64,000 nt of DNA from Oscillospiraceae bacterium (GCA_015064025.1 SVSZ01000002.1:186-64185); one strand, 5' to 3'; counted from the stretch's first letter, positions 16,934-27,399 are shown. The notes: a model not told the origin generated them from the sequence alone. Program-made: numbers and translations.

Positions 16934-18025
16934 ATGAACAGAGTTTTCAACTTTTCGGCAGGCCCTTCCATGCTCCCGCTTCCCGTACTCGAAAAAGCAG
17001 CATCCGAACTGGTCTGTTACGGCGAATCCGGAATGTCCGTCATGGAGATGTCTCACCGATCTCCGGACTACGAAGCAATCATTAACGACGCTGAGGCAAT
17101 GCTTCGCAAGCTGATGAACATTCCCGACAATTACAAGGTGCTCTTCCTTCAGGGCGGCGCATCCACGCAGTTCTCCGCAGTTCCGATGAACCTTATCAAG
17201 AGAACGGGCAAGGCTGACTACGCGGTTTCGGGTCAGTTCTCGGGCAAGGCGTTCAAGGAAGCACAGAAGATGGGCTATGATGTCAAGTGCATTGCTACCA
17301 CCAAGGAGGACAACTTCGATCACGTTCCCACCATCACGCGAGACATGATCCGTCCCGACGCAGCATATCTGCACATCTGCTTCAACAACACCATCTACGG
17401 TACCAAATATTCCTACATCCCCGATACGGGCGACATCCCGCTGGTTGCCGACATGTCCTCTTGCATCATCTCCGAGCCTGTTGACGTTTCCAAGTTCGGC
17501 GTGATCTACGCAGGCGCACAAAAGAATATGGCTCCCGCAGGTATGACCCTTGTCATCGTCCGCGAGGACCTTCTCGATTACGCAGAGGAGACCATGCCCA
17601 CCATGCTTGAGTGGAAGACCATGGCAGAGAACGGTTCCATGTACAACACGCCTCCCTGCTATCCCATCTACGTGGCAAAGCTCGTTTACGAGTGGATCCT
17701 CTCCCTGGGTGGTCTTGACGTCATGAAGGAAATGAACGAGAAGAAGGCAAAGCTTCTCTACGATTATCTTGACTCTCAGGATTACTACATCGCTCCCGTC
17801 AAGCCCGACAGCCGTTCCATGATGAACGTCACCTTCGTCACGGGAGACGCCGATCTTGATAAGAAGTTTGCAAGCGAGGCTGCCAAGGCAGGACTTAAGA
17901 ACCTCAAGGGTCACCGTTCCGTCGGCGGTATGCGTGCATCCATCTACAACGCAATGCCCTACGAGGGAGTTGCCGCTTTGGTTGAATTCATGAAGGAATT
18001 CGCAAAGAACAATCCGAAGAAGTAA
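16934..18025 (+). CDS. serC: Phosphoserine aminotransferase
   Basis: 363 aa. Contains FNFSAGPSMLP, MEMSHRSPDY and FLQGGASTQF. Confidence 0.95.
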   Translation: MNRVFNFSAGPSMLPLPVLEKAASELVCYGESGMSVMEMSHRSPDYEAIINDAEAMLRKLMNIPDNYKVLFLQGGASTQFSAVPMNLIKRTGKADYAVSGQFSGKAFKEAQKMGYDVKCIATTKEDNFDHVPTITRDMIRPDAAYLHICFNNTIYGTKYSYIPDTGDIPLVADMSSCIISEPVDVSKFGVIYAGAQKNMAPAGMTLVIVREDLLDYAEETMPTMLEWKTMAENGSMYNTPPCYPIYVAKLVYEWILSLGGLDVMKEMNEKKAKLLYDYLDSQDYYIAPVKPDSRSMMNVTFVTGDADLDKKFASEAAKAGLKNLKGHRSVGGMRASIYNAMPYEGVAALVEFMKEFAKNNPKK

Positions 18026-18041
18026 GAAAGAGGAAACTGCA

Positions 18042-19190
18042 ATGAATATTCAACTCTTAAATAAGATCGCCGCTGTGGGTCTTGCTCAGCTTGGCGCCGA
18101 TTACACGGTTGGTGAGGGCGTAACCAACCCCGACGGCATCATGGTTCGCTCTGCCGTCATGCATGAGATGGAGTTCGCTCCCGAGCTCAAGGCAATCGCA
18201 CGTGCGGGTGCAGGTGTCAACAACATCCCGATCGACCGTTGCTCCGAAGCGGGCATCGTCGTATTCAACACTCCCGGTGCCAATGCAAACGGTGTTAAGG
18301 AGCTTGCCGTCTGCGCACTGCTTCTGGCAGCCCGTAACGTTGTCGGTGGCATTGAATGGGCAAAGACCCTTTCAGAGGACGTCGCAAAGCAGGTGGAAAA
18401 GGGCAAGTCCAAGTTCGGCGGTACCGAGCTTAAGGGCAAAACTCTGGGTGTCATCGGTCTTGGCGCCATCGGCGGCATGATCGCGAACACCGCGCTTTCT
18501 CTCGGCATGAACGTCATCGGCTGTGATCCCTACCTTTCCGTTGAGGCGGCTTGGAATCTTGACCGCCGCATTGTCCGCGCCGCAAGCTACGACGAGATCT
18601 ACGAGAAGGCAGATTACATCACCCTTCACGTTCCCGCTACCAAGGATACAAAGAATATGATCTGCACCGTCTCCATCGCGAAGATGAAGGAAGGTGCCAA
18701 GATCATCAACCTCTCCCGTGCAGACCTTGTCAACGCGGCAGACCTTAAGGTCGCGCTTGCCGACGGTAAGATCTCCGCATACGTTACCGACTTCCCCACC
18801 GAGGAGATCCTGGGTGTTCCCGGCATCGTTGCCATTCCCCACCTTGGCGCTTCCACCGAGGAATCCGAGGACAACTGTGCGGTCATGGCAGCACAGGAGC
18901 TCGACGATTACCTCAAGAACGGTAACATCAAGAACAGTGTCAACTTCCCGAACGTAGATATGCCCCGTTCCTCCATGGCACGCATCTGCGTCCTCCATGC
19001 AAACGTTCCCGCAGTTCTTACCAAGATCACCGCGGTCGTTGCGGACGAGGGTCTCAACATTGAGAACATGACCAACAAATCCAAGGGAGAGAACGCGTAC
19101 ACCGTTCTGGACGTTTCCTCCAAGCCCTCCGATGCCGCCATCGCGCATATCGCCTCCATCGAAGGCATCGCGCGTGTCAGAAGCATCTGA
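18042..19190 (+). CDS. serA: D-3-phosphoglycerate dehydrogenase with C-terminal ACT domain
   Basis: 382 aa. Has 2-hydroxyacid dehydrogenase motifs (GVIGLGAIGG, HLGAST) and lies adjacent to serC. Confidence 0.9.
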   Translation: MNIQLLNKIAAVGLAQLGADYTVGEGVTNPDGIMVRSAVMHEMEFAPELKAIARAGAGVNNIPIDRCSEAGIVVFNTPGANANGVKELAVCALLLAARNVVGGIEWAKTLSEDVAKQVEKGKSKFGGTELKGKTLGVIGLGAIGGMIANTALSLGMNVIGCDPYLSVEAAWNLDRRIVRAASYDEIYEKADYITLHVPATKDTKNMICTVSIAKMKEGAKIINLSRADLVNAADLKVALADGKISAYVTDFPTEEILGVPGIVAIPHLGASTEESEDNCAVMAAQELDDYLKNGNIKNSVNFPNVDMPRSSMARICVLHANVPAVLTKITAVVADEGLNIENMTNKSKGENAYTVLDVSSKPSDAAIAHIASIEGIARVRSI

Positions 19191-19221
19191 GCTTTATAAG
19201 ATCATCCATCATGAAAAATCC

Positions 19222-19258
19222 CGCACCGTTCCGAGCATTCGGCAACGGTGCGTTTTTT
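19222..19258 (+). terminator. Intrinsic terminator after serA
   Basis: Stem cgcaccgttccga / tcggcaacggtgcg followed by T6. Confidence 0.8.
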
Positions 19259-19464
19259 GTATCGCGAAAACCCCGCCATAGTGGCGGGGTTCAAAAAAGG
19301 CTATTGCCGATAAGGAGAAGTGAAATGAGAAAAAGGGGGAGCATGTTTTTGATGAAGAGCCCTCCTCCGGGAGGAGGGAAGGCACCGCAAGCGGTGCAGG
19401 GAGGAGCCCGCGCGACTGTGAGTACGCACCCCCAAAACGCCTCCCGCATCCTCTCGTTCTTCCG

Positions 19465-21054
19465 TCACTTGTCGAGAAAATACACGCCGTAATGTGCCTT
19501 GATCTCTCGCGTTTTACAAAATTCGTTGTAATCGGCATCCAGTCCTGCCGCTGCAATGCGCCTTACCTCCTCCCGCGTGGCAAGAGGATAGGCGATGTCA
19601 AAGTGATCAAGATATTTGGGGTTCTTTTTCTCGATCCCCTCCGTCACCTCGGGATTGAGATCGTGCGCCTCAATGCGCACACCCTTGGCAAGGATCATAA
19701 AGTCAACAACGTGCATCATAAATTTACGCTCTAACTCCACGTATTCCGCTCTGCCGCCGAGATTGACCTGTTCCTCGGGATCCTCGACTCTGTCAAAAAG
19801 GCAGGTTTTTCCCGTAAACGGATAATAGGTAAAGGTGTACCGTTTGTCCACCAGCGTTTTACAGCTGTCGCAGAATTCGCTCATGTTGATCTCTCTCTCG
19901 GGCACGGAGCCGTCGGCAAGACCAATCATCGAACGGGAAACACCAAACGCGCGGTGATCTCCCGCAATATCCAAAACCGTCGCACCAATATCGAGATTTC
20001 CGCACAGCGCATCACAGCGACTTCCCTTGTCAAGACGCGGTTCGTTGGAAATGATCATCGGAATGAAAAGCTGAGATTTATAGGGCCATGGACCCTTGGT
20101 GGAGATGTTATAGTCATTCTCACAGCTTCCGTGGTCGGAGGTGAAAATGATGGTGGTGTTCTCATATATACCGTTTTTCTTCAAGCATTCGACAATACGC
20201 CCGACAAGGTGGTCGACCTCAACGATCATCTCCGCGTAAAGCACTCGCTCCTTCTGCCGCTCTTCAAAAACGCTCTCAGGATCTGTCAGTGCCTTTGGTG
20301 GATTGAGGAAGGCGCGGCGGTAACGCTCCACTGCGGGGATCTCATTCAAGTCTCTCTTCAATACGCGGATGTCGGGAAGCTTGGAGGGATCGACCGTCCC
20401 CTCCACCTCGCGTGGCGGGATCAGAGGTCCGTGAGGCGAAAGAAAGCCACAGTACAGGAAGAAGGGCGCGTTTTCCTCCTGTGGAGCGGTGCCGTCGGGG
20501 GCTTTCCCCGTGCTTGCGTAGCGATCGATAAAATCACTTGCCCAATCGGCGCTCATGCGGTCGTAAAACTCCTCCTCGGAATAAAGGAAACGGTGCTCTT
20601 CATCGGATGGATAGATCGTTTTCGCCTCCGGGTGACGTGCCTTGAATATCTGCGTATAAGCACAAACGTTCTCAAACGCCGAGCCGATGTGAATCTTTCG
20701 ATATTGATATCCCAGCGCCCGCTCATGCGGAAAATGATCGTAGCATCCGACGGCAGCGGTCATGTATCCCGCAGCCGTGAGACGCTCCGGAAGATATTCC
20801 GTCCCCGCCCTTGCGGGAATATTGTTCGTCCACGAATCGTGCCCCGAAACAAACTGTCCGGTCAAAAAGGACATGCGGGCGGGGGCACACACGGTGGAAG
20901 CAGTGATCGCGTTTTCAAAAACGGTTCCTTCTGCCGCCAGAGCATCGATATTCGGGGTGGGGATAAAATCCGCACCGTACGCATGCAAAAAATCGGGACG
21001 GAGCTGATCGCACATGATCATCACCACATTGCGTCTGTTTTGAGAGGGATTCAT
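19465..21054 (-). CDS. Sulfatase (Cys-type, formylglycine-dependent), no signal peptide
   Basis: Trimmed to the ATG at 21054 after AAAGGAAGG. The N-terminus is MNPSQNRRNVVMIMCDQLRPD, and the sulfatase signature is TVCAPARMSFLTG (C-x-P-x-R). Confidence 0.9.
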   Translation of the reverse strand: MNPSQNRRNVVMIMCDQLRPDFLHAYGADFIPTPNIDALAAEGTVFENAITASTVCAPARMSFLTGQFVSGHDSWTNNIPARAGTEYLPERLTAAGYMTAAVGCYDHFPHERALGYQYRKIHIGSAFENVCAYTQIFKARHPEAKTIYPSDEEHRFLYSEEEFYDRMSADWASDFIDRYASTGKAPDGTAPQEENAPFFLYCGFLSPHGPLIPPREVEGTVDPSKLPDIRVLKRDLNEIPAVERYRRAFLNPPKALTDPESVFEERQKERVLYAEMIVEVDHLVGRIVECLKKNGIYENTTIIFTSDHGSCENDYNISTKGPWPYKSQLFIPMIISNEPRLDKGSRCDALCGNLDIGATVLDIAGDHRAFGVSRSMIGLADGSVPEREINMSEFCDSCKTLVDKRYTFTYYPFTGKTCLFDRVEDPEEQVNLGGRAEYVELERKFMMHVVDFMILAKGVRIEAHDLNPEVTEGIEKKNPKYLDHFDIAYPLATREEVRRIAAAGLDADYNEFCKTREIKAHYGVYFLDK

Positions 21055-21073
21055 GAAAAACCTTCCTTTCGGT

Positions 21074-22192
21074 TTATGATTTTGAAAAATAGACTCGTCT
21101 GATCTCGGCGGCAAGGCTTGAAAGCTGTCCGCCACACGCATCAAGGAAGCGTTGATAGCCGCAGAGCGTGCCGCCGTCAGCGCAGAAGATCTCGCGCCGC
21201 ATGCGGCGGCATCCTCCTCCGCAAAAACGGCGGTAGCGGCAATGCTCGCAAAGCGTGGGAAGGGTGTGTGCACGCTCCAAAAACGTCTTGGCTGCAGAGG
21301 AGCCAAGCAACGCACGGACGCCATCCTTTGTGATGTTTCCCATTTTGTATTCGTCAAGACAATAAAAATCGCAAGGGTAAACACTGCCGTCCGCTTCTAC
21401 CACCAGCTGAAGCTGACAGTCTCCGTTCATGCCGCAAGCCGTAGGCTTGCCAAGGAGCATGAGATTGACAACATCGTCAAAGAGCTTCACACTGCATCTC
21501 TCTCCTCTTTGGAAAGCGGCATACCAAAGCCCGAAGAGTTGAATATAAAAGGAAGAAAAGCGTTCGGGCGTCAAGGAGTAGTGAGAGTCCCCACCGTCAA
21601 GCTCTGCCATGCAAGGGGTGAACTGAACGTAGGAAAGTCCGAGCTTGCATATCTGCTTCCACACGGTCTGCGGATGCCGTGCGACCTCCTGTGTCAACGT
21701 GCAAAGAACGTTGAAGTCCACGCCCTTCTTTTTCAGAAGTGCGATGCACGCAAGCACACGGGAGGACGTTCCGCTACCGTCTGCACGAACGCGCGCACTG
21801 TCGTGAGCGTCGGAAAGAAGATCAAAGGAAACGCCCACCAAAAATCGATGCTCCTTTAAAAAGTCACACCATTCCTCATTCAGGAGAATGCCGTTGGTCT
21901 GGAGCGCGTAGGAAACGCGGATCCCGTGCCAAAGAGACACACGCGCGACAAAGGCACGAAAGAAATCGAGTCCCCTGAGGGTCGGCTCCCCGCCTTGGAA
22001 GATGAAGTGCACGCCATCCCCCGCTTCCAATTCTGAGAATACGTTTTTGAGCATTGCATCCATGCACTGCTCACTCATCATCCCGTAGGATGGAATACTC
22101 CGCAGATCCGACACGTCTGCATAAAAGCAATACTTGCATCGCATATTGCAAAGTGAGGACGCGGGCTTTATCATCAGATGTATGTTTTTCAT
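21074..22192 (-). CDS. Anaerobic sulfatase-maturating enzyme (radical SAM, SPASM)
   Basis: 372 aa with the CNMRCKYC radical-SAM cluster and a C-terminal Cys-rich SPASM region. It lies 20 nt upstream of the sulfatase gene. Confidence 0.9.
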   Translation of the reverse strand: MKNIHLMIKPASSLCNMRCKYCFYADVSDLRSIPSYGMMSEQCMDAMLKNVFSELEAGDGVHFIFQGGEPTLRGLDFFRAFVARVSLWHGIRVSYALQTNGILLNEEWCDFLKEHRFLVGVSFDLLSDAHDSARVRADGSGTSSRVLACIALLKKKGVDFNVLCTLTQEVARHPQTVWKQICKLGLSYVQFTPCMAELDGGDSHYSLTPERFSSFYIQLFGLWYAAFQRGERCSVKLFDDVVNLMLLGKPTACGMNGDCQLQLVVEADGSVYPCDFYCLDEYKMGNITKDGVRALLGSSAAKTFLERAHTLPTLCEHCRYRRFCGGGCRRMRREIFCADGGTLCGYQRFLDACGGQLSSLAAEIRRVYFSKS

Positions 22193-22276
22193 AGTACCCT
22201 TATGATATCACAAATGTCTATACCTGTCAATGAATTTTTCCATGTTTTTTATGTGTTTTGTCTCGCGAAACAAAGC

Positions 22277-22319
22277 GGGCTGTCACAAATCGACGATTTG
22301 TGACAGCCCTGTGTTTTTT
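22277..22319 (-). terminator. Hairpin terminator between the LRR lipoprotein gene and the anSME gene (possibly bidirectional)
   Basis: Stem gggctgtcacaaatcg / cgatttgtgacagccc. The clean T-run lies on the plus side; the minus side has GCTTTGTTTCG. Confidence 0.55.
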
Positions 22320-22330
22320 AATGATTTTAA

Positions 22331-25300
22331 TTAAGCAAGCAGCTCTTCATCTGCGGGCTTTTCGAAGACAACGTCTCCGTCGGTGCACTTGACGGTGTAA
22401 GCGTCAATGCCGTCTGCCCATGTCTCTGCCTTGGAGAATGCCTCCCAGTCAGCCTTCTTACCGTCAAAGTGGAAGGTCGTGACGGGGGTATCCTTGAACG
22501 CATACGCGCCGATTTGGGTAATTTCTGCGGGAAGCGTTACGGTCTCGTCGCCTCCAATGAAGCCCATCAGAGCCACGACGTCCTTCTCACCGTCCTTGGT
22601 GGTGAAGAGAATGAAATCATCCTTGATGCTGACCTTGGAGGTGCCGTTCTTGTGAACGTAAACCAGCTCGTTGGTAGCGATGTTACCGTTCCCCTTGCCT
22701 GCCTTGATGTCCAAGGAGGAAAGGTTGTTGATCTCAACAAGCTTGGAGCATCCGGAGAATGCCGCGTCGCCGATGGTCACTACGTCCTTGGAGATCGTGA
22801 TCTGTACCAAGAACCTTGCACCGTTGAATGCGTTCCTTGCGATCTCGGTCACACCCGTGGGAACCGTAAAGCTGTATTCGTGCGTGGATGCGGGATAAAG
22901 AACCAGAGTCTTGCCGTCCTTGGTGTAAAGAACGTTGTCGACCTCCTTGTAAGCCGCATTTTCCTCAGCTACGATGATATCGACCAGTGCATGCGTTCTT
23001 GCAAATGCGTTTGCTTCAATGGTCGCAACGGATGCGGGAAGGTTGATAGAGGTCAGAGCCTTACAGTCGGAGAATGCGTTCTCGCCGATGGTCTCAAGAG
23101 CGGAGCCGAATTTTACACTTTCGAGAGCAGCGCACTTGTTAAATGCCTCGGAGCCGATCGTCTTGATCGAATCCGCGAGAGTGACCGACTTCAGGGAAGC
23201 ACACTCGGAGAATGCCTTTGACGGCACGGACGTACCAAGCAACCAGAGATTTTCGATCTGTGCCTTGGGAAGAGATCCGATCACCGTAACGGGGGTCATA
23301 ACGCTGACAAGCTTTTCACAGCCCTCAAACGCGGTGGGATCCACCGTCTCAACGGTTTCGGCGAGCCAAAGAGTTTCAAGCGTCTTGCAGTTTGCAAATG
23401 CCGCCTCACCGATCTCCTTACCTGCCGTGATGTGGAGAGTTACAAGATTGTCCGTTGCGAGCTTTCCGATCGCCAACGTCGGGATCCTTGCCACGGTGAC
23501 GTTCACACAATCGGCAAAGGCATTGGCACCCACGGTCTTAACAGACTCGGGAAGATGGATGCCGTTCAGATTCAAGGCACCCTTGACCGCATTCTCTGCG
23601 ATCTCGGTCACCGTCTCGGGAAGATCGTAAAACAACGGATCCATTTTGCCAAGCGCATACTGGATCAGAACGGTGCCTTCCTTATTGTAAAGGTCGCGAT
23701 TCAAAACGGAATATGCCTCGTTCTCGTCGGAGAGATAGAAGCCCATGAGAGAGGTACACTCGTTGAACGCGTAATCACCGATGGTTACAATCCCCTCGGG
23801 AAGAACGATCGCGCCGATGGTAGCACAGCCGCGGAACGCCTCGTCGCCGATCTCGGTGACTGCCTTGGGAATGGAAACGAGCTCAAGTGCCCGACAGCCG
23901 TAAAACGCCTTCTCGCCGATGGCGGTAACGCTTGCGGGGATGGAAACGCTCTTCATTGCGGCACAGCCGTTGAAGAGATTTTCGCCGAGCTTTTTAACGC
24001 CTGCGGGAATGCTGATCCCCTCAAGGCTTACACATCCGCTGAATGCACCGTCGCCGATGGTCGTCACGGTATCGGCAAGCGTCACGGTCTTGAGCACCTT
24101 GGCATTTGCCAACGCAGCCTCAGGAAGCTCCGTACCGCTCGTCACGGCAAGGGTCTGAAGACCGGTCTTGTCAAGAGAGGTCACCGCAAGCGCGGGAGCC
24201 GTTACGTCTGCCAGATGGACACATCCGACAAAAGCGGACTTGCCGATCGTTTCCACAGATGCGGGAACGGTGAGCTTTTGGATCGTAAGACAGCTCTCAA
24301 AGGCAGAGGGCTTGATCTCAACGACCGTTTCGGGAATTACATATTCCGAAGCCTCGGCACCGATCGCGTACTGAACGAGCACGGTCTTGTCGACCGTAAA
24401 GAGGTTTCCGTCAAGAGCCGCAAACTCGCGGTTATCTTTTTCAACGGTGAATTTTGCAAGCTTATCGCAGGATGCGAACGCCTCGTCACCGATCTCGATG
24501 ACAGCTGCGGGAATGGTGACCTCGGTAAGAGAATCACAGCCGCTGAAAGCGCCGTTACCGATCTTGGAAACGCCGTTGGGAATGGTAATGGATGTAAGAG
24601 AGGAACAGTTCTTAAAGGTGGAATTGCCGATTTCAGCGAGCACAGCGGGGATCTGCAGGGCAGTCAGGCTTCTGCAGCCGACGAATGCATATTCACCGAT
24701 CGATGCGATCTCTGCATTCAACGTCACGGTCTTGAGCGCATCACAACTCTTGAACGCGGACGAGGGAATCGCGTCTCCCGCAACCAGCTTCACCTCTACA
24801 AGATTTGCCTTTTCGATCTCGGAAATGATCCACGTGGGAATGGAAGCCTTCTTGATGGCGTCGCAGCCCGCAAATGCGTGCTTGCCGACGGTCTCAAGCG
24901 TCGCGGGGACGTTGAGCGTCTCAAGAGCGGTACAGTTCTGGAATGCCTGAGCTCCCAGCTCGACAACGCCATTGCCGAGCGTGACGGAGGTGAGCGCAGT
25001 ACACTCGAAGAAGGCTGCCTTACCAACGGTCTTTACGTTACCGGGAACGGATACCGACGTCAGCGCCGTGCAAGCCTGGAAGGTACTGTCTGCGATCGCG
25101 GAAAGCTTTCCGCCCTCCTCGATCGTAAGCATCTTTGCAGACTCACAGCCGTAGAACGCCTTTTCACCGACCGACACCACGTAAGAGGGGATCGTGATCG
25201 ACTGCATGGTAAAGCAGCCGCGGAACGCGCCCTTTCCGATGGTGAATTCGGGAAGCTCCGCACCGTAATCCTTTGCGGCGGGAAGGCCAAGCGTCTTGAT

Positions 25301-25606
25301 CTCGGCAGCGTTGGCAAACGCCTCGTCACCGATGCCCACCACGCGCTTGCCGTGCATGGTTGCGGGGATAACGACCGCATGAGGCGTTGACTCCGAGGTG
25401 GAGAAGTCGGTGATCATGATGCTTTCGCTGTCCACCGCTTCAAAATAGAAGGTGTTCTTGTTTTTTGTATCTGTCCATTGTGTTTCTTCAACGGTTGTAT
25501 CCTTGTAGTCGTCATAGCCGTTACCGTTTTCCGTCTCCTCGTCGGAGCACGCGACAAACGCAGTCAACAGCAACGCCGAAAGGATGATCGCTAACAGTTT
25601 TTTCAT
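22331..25606 (-). CDS. BspA-type leucine-rich-repeat surface lipoprotein
   Basis: Start trimmed to MKKLLAIILSALLLTAFVAC (lipobox) after GGAGGG. It carries dozens of ~23-aa repeats of the type IP.sV..IG..AF..C..L. Confidence 0.85.
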   Translation of the reverse strand: MKKLLAIILSALLLTAFVACSDEETENGNGYDDYKDTTVEETQWTDTKNKNTFYFEAVDSESIMITDFSTSESTPHAVVIPATMHGKRVVGIGDEAFANAAEIKTLGLPAAKDYGAELPEFTIGKGAFRGCFTMQSITIPSYVVSVGEKAFYGCESAKMLTIEEGGKLSAIADSTFQACTALTSVSVPGNVKTVGKAAFFECTALTSVTLGNGVVELGAQAFQNCTALETLNVPATLETVGKHAFAGCDAIKKASIPTWIISEIEKANLVEVKLVAGDAIPSSAFKSCDALKTVTLNAEIASIGEYAFVGCRSLTALQIPAVLAEIGNSTFKNCSSLTSITIPNGVSKIGNGAFSGCDSLTEVTIPAAVIEIGDEAFASCDKLAKFTVEKDNREFAALDGNLFTVDKTVLVQYAIGAEASEYVIPETVVEIKPSAFESCLTIQKLTVPASVETIGKSAFVGCVHLADVTAPALAVTSLDKTGLQTLAVTSGTELPEAALANAKVLKTVTLADTVTTIGDGAFSGCVSLEGISIPAGVKKLGENLFNGCAAMKSVSIPASVTAIGEKAFYGCRALELVSIPKAVTEIGDEAFRGCATIGAIVLPEGIVTIGDYAFNECTSLMGFYLSDENEAYSVLNRDLYNKEGTVLIQYALGKMDPLFYDLPETVTEIAENAVKGALNLNGIHLPESVKTVGANAFADCVNVTVARIPTLAIGKLATDNLVTLHITAGKEIGEAAFANCKTLETLWLAETVETVDPTAFEGCEKLVSVMTPVTVIGSLPKAQIENLWLLGTSVPSKAFSECASLKSVTLADSIKTIGSEAFNKCAALESVKFGSALETIGENAFSDCKALTSINLPASVATIEANAFARTHALVDIIVAEENAAYKEVDNVLYTKDGKTLVLYPASTHEYSFTVPTGVTEIARNAFNGARFLVQITISKDVVTIGDAAFSGCSKLVEINNLSSLDIKAGKGNGNIATNELVYVHKNGTSKVSIKDDFILFTTKDGEKDVVALMGFIGGDETVTLPAEITQIGAYAFKDTPVTTFHFDGKKADWEAFSKAETWADGIDAYTVKCTDGDVVFEKPADEELLA

Positions 25607-25638
25607 AGTATCCCTCCATAAAAAATCCATATACCAAG

Positions 25639-25667
25639 ATTATACATGAAAAAGCCAAAAAAGTCAA
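25639..25667 (-). promoter_or_regulatory. Sigma-A promoter of the LRR lipoprotein gene
   Basis: On the minus strand: TTGACT, 17 nt, TATAAT (TTGACTTTTTTGGCTTTTTCATGTATAAT). Confidence 0.6.
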
Positions 25668-25770
25668 TAGATTTTTCCCCATTCTTTGTAAATAATTTTC
25701 AACCTTCGGGGCAAATCCTTATATGTGGCTATGGAAGTGGGGAGTCCGTGCAAAAGTTGGGCGTGCGCCG

Positions 25771-25799
25771 TTGACAAACGGTCACCTTTGATGTATAAT
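25771..25799 (+). promoter_or_regulatory. Sigma-A promoter of comM
   Basis: TTGACA (25771-25776), 17 nt, TATAAT (25794-25799). Confidence 0.6.
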
Positions 25800-25832
25800 G
25801 TTAGAAAACGGACAAAAGGAGAAGGACGCACC

Positions 25833-27374
25833 ATGTTTTCGGCAACCTACAGCGCGGGGCTTTCCGGCATCGAGGGCTTTCCCGTCACCGTGGAATGTAA
25901 TCAAAAAAACAATCTTGAGGGCTTTGAGCTCGTAGGGCTTCCCGACCTTGCGGTCAAGGAGGCAAAGGAGCGCGTGCGCACCGCCTGCACCAACAGCGGC
26001 TTCCCCTTTCCCTACACCTACATCACCGTCAATTTAGCTCCCGCCGACCGAAAAAAGGAGGGCTCTGCCTTCGACGCCGCCATTCTTGCGGCGATCTTCC
26101 ATTCGGGTGGGATCATCCACCGCGGCGTGGACATGCGTGACAAATGCATCGTGGGTGAGCTCTCCCTTTCGGGAAGACTCCGCGCGGTGCGCGGGATCCT
26201 TTGCATGTGCGTCGCGGCAAGAGACAGCGGCTTCCGCGAGTTTTACACCTCGCTCGACAACGCACGCGAGGCGGCCGCCGTCGAAGGGATCACCGTTTAC
26301 GGCGTGCCCGATATGCGCGCGCTCGTCAGACATCTCAACGGTGAGGAACGGCTGACACCTACCCCCTGCGATCATTCGGCGTTCGGGAAAAGTGCCAACC
26401 GCTACCGCACGGATTTTTCGGACGTGCGCGGTCAGGCGCTTGCAAAAAGAGCCATGGAGATCGCCGCAGCAGGCGGACATAACATCCTGCTCATCGGTCC
26501 TCCCGGTACGGGAAAATCCATGCTTGCCAAACGTCTTCCCACCATTCTCCCGCCCTTGACGGTCGCGGAGGCGATCGAAACGACCAAGGTACATTCGGTT
26601 GCGGGAACACTCCCGCGTGACGCGTCGCTTCTCTCGGTGCGTCCCTTCCGCGCACCGCACCACACCATGAGCCCCGTCAGCCTTGTCGGCGGCGGTGCTT
26701 CGCCGCGTCCGGGAGAGATCTCGCTTGCCAACAACGGCGTCCTCTTTCTTGACGAGCTTCCCGAATTCCCGAAGCAGGTAACGGATGCGCTCAGACAGCC
26801 CCTGGAGGATCGCGAGGTGACCATCACCCGTGCCAGCGGCAGAGTGACCTTCCCCTCCTCCTTCATGCTGGTCGCCGCGATGAACCCCTGCCGCTGCGGC
26901 TATTTCGGGGATCCCACGCATCCGTGCACCTGCAAGCCGGAGGACGTGCGCCGTTACATGTCGCGCATCAGCGGTCCCATGCTTGACCGCATCGATATAC
27001 AGATCGAGCTCTCCGCGCTCTCCTATGACGATCTTTCCGCAAAGGAAGCTCCCGCCTCGGAGAGCAGCGACACCATTCGCGAGCGGGTCTGCCGCGCACG
27101 CGACTATGCAAGATCGCGCATGGGAAGCGACGCCGTTTCCTGCAACGCGCTTCTTGACGCGGCAGGCGTGCAAAAGCATTGCATACTTGACGAGAGCGCC
27201 AACGCGATCTTCCGCACGGCTTATGAGAATCTTGGACTTAGCGCACGCGGACACGACCGCATTCTGCGCGTCGCCCGCACCATTGCGGATCTCGACGGCT
27301 CCGAGCTCATCGGCGCCCGCCACATTGCCGAGGCAATACAGATGCGAAGCCTCGACAGAAAATACTGGAGCTGA
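25833..27374 (+). CDS. comM: Mg-chelatase-like ATPase ComM/YifB
   Basis: Start at ATG 25833 after AAAGGAGAAGG. Contains Walker A LIGPPGTGKSM and FLDELPEF, plus an N-terminal Lon-like domain. Confidence 0.9.
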   Translation: MFSATYSAGLSGIEGFPVTVECNQKNNLEGFELVGLPDLAVKEAKERVRTACTNSGFPFPYTYITVNLAPADRKKEGSAFDAAILAAIFHSGGIIHRGVDMRDKCIVGELSLSGRLRAVRGILCMCVAARDSGFREFYTSLDNAREAAAVEGITVYGVPDMRALVRHLNGEERLTPTPCDHSAFGKSANRYRTDFSDVRGQALAKRAMEIAAAGGHNILLIGPPGTGKSMLAKRLPTILPPLTVAEAIETTKVHSVAGTLPRDASLLSVRPFRAPHHTMSPVSLVGGGASPRPGEISLANNGVLFLDELPEFPKQVTDALRQPLEDREVTITRASGRVTFPSSFMLVAAMNPCRCGYFGDPTHPCTCKPEDVRRYMSRISGPMLDRIDIQIELSALSYDDLSAKEAPASESSDTIRERVCRARDYARSRMGSDAVSCNALLDAAGVQKHCILDESANAIFRTAYENLGLSARGHDRILRVARTIADLDGSELIGARHIAEAIQMRSLDRKYWS

Positions 27375-27399
27375 CGTGCAAGCTCTGAAAGGAGCCTCC

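Noticed and set aside
22202-22230. TTGACA-17-TATCAT as the promoter of the anSME-sulfatase operon.
   Set aside because: The -10 element ends only ~10 nt before the ATG at 22192. The transcript would therefore start inside or after the putative AAGGGT RBS. The match may be fortuitous, or the mRNA may be leaderless; I cannot support it as an ordinary promoter.
23432-25390. A 652-aa plus-strand ORF, together with neighbours 22469..23221 and 22974..23630.
   Set aside because: All are antisense to the LRR lipoprotein gene, have no RBS and give repetitive low-complexity translations that mirror the LRR periodicity.
26983-27399. The N-terminal 139-codon extension of the MATE ORF.
   Set aside because: It overlaps the 3' end of comM in another frame. 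The ATG at 27400 has an AAAGGAG RBS and begins the typical MATE N-terminus.
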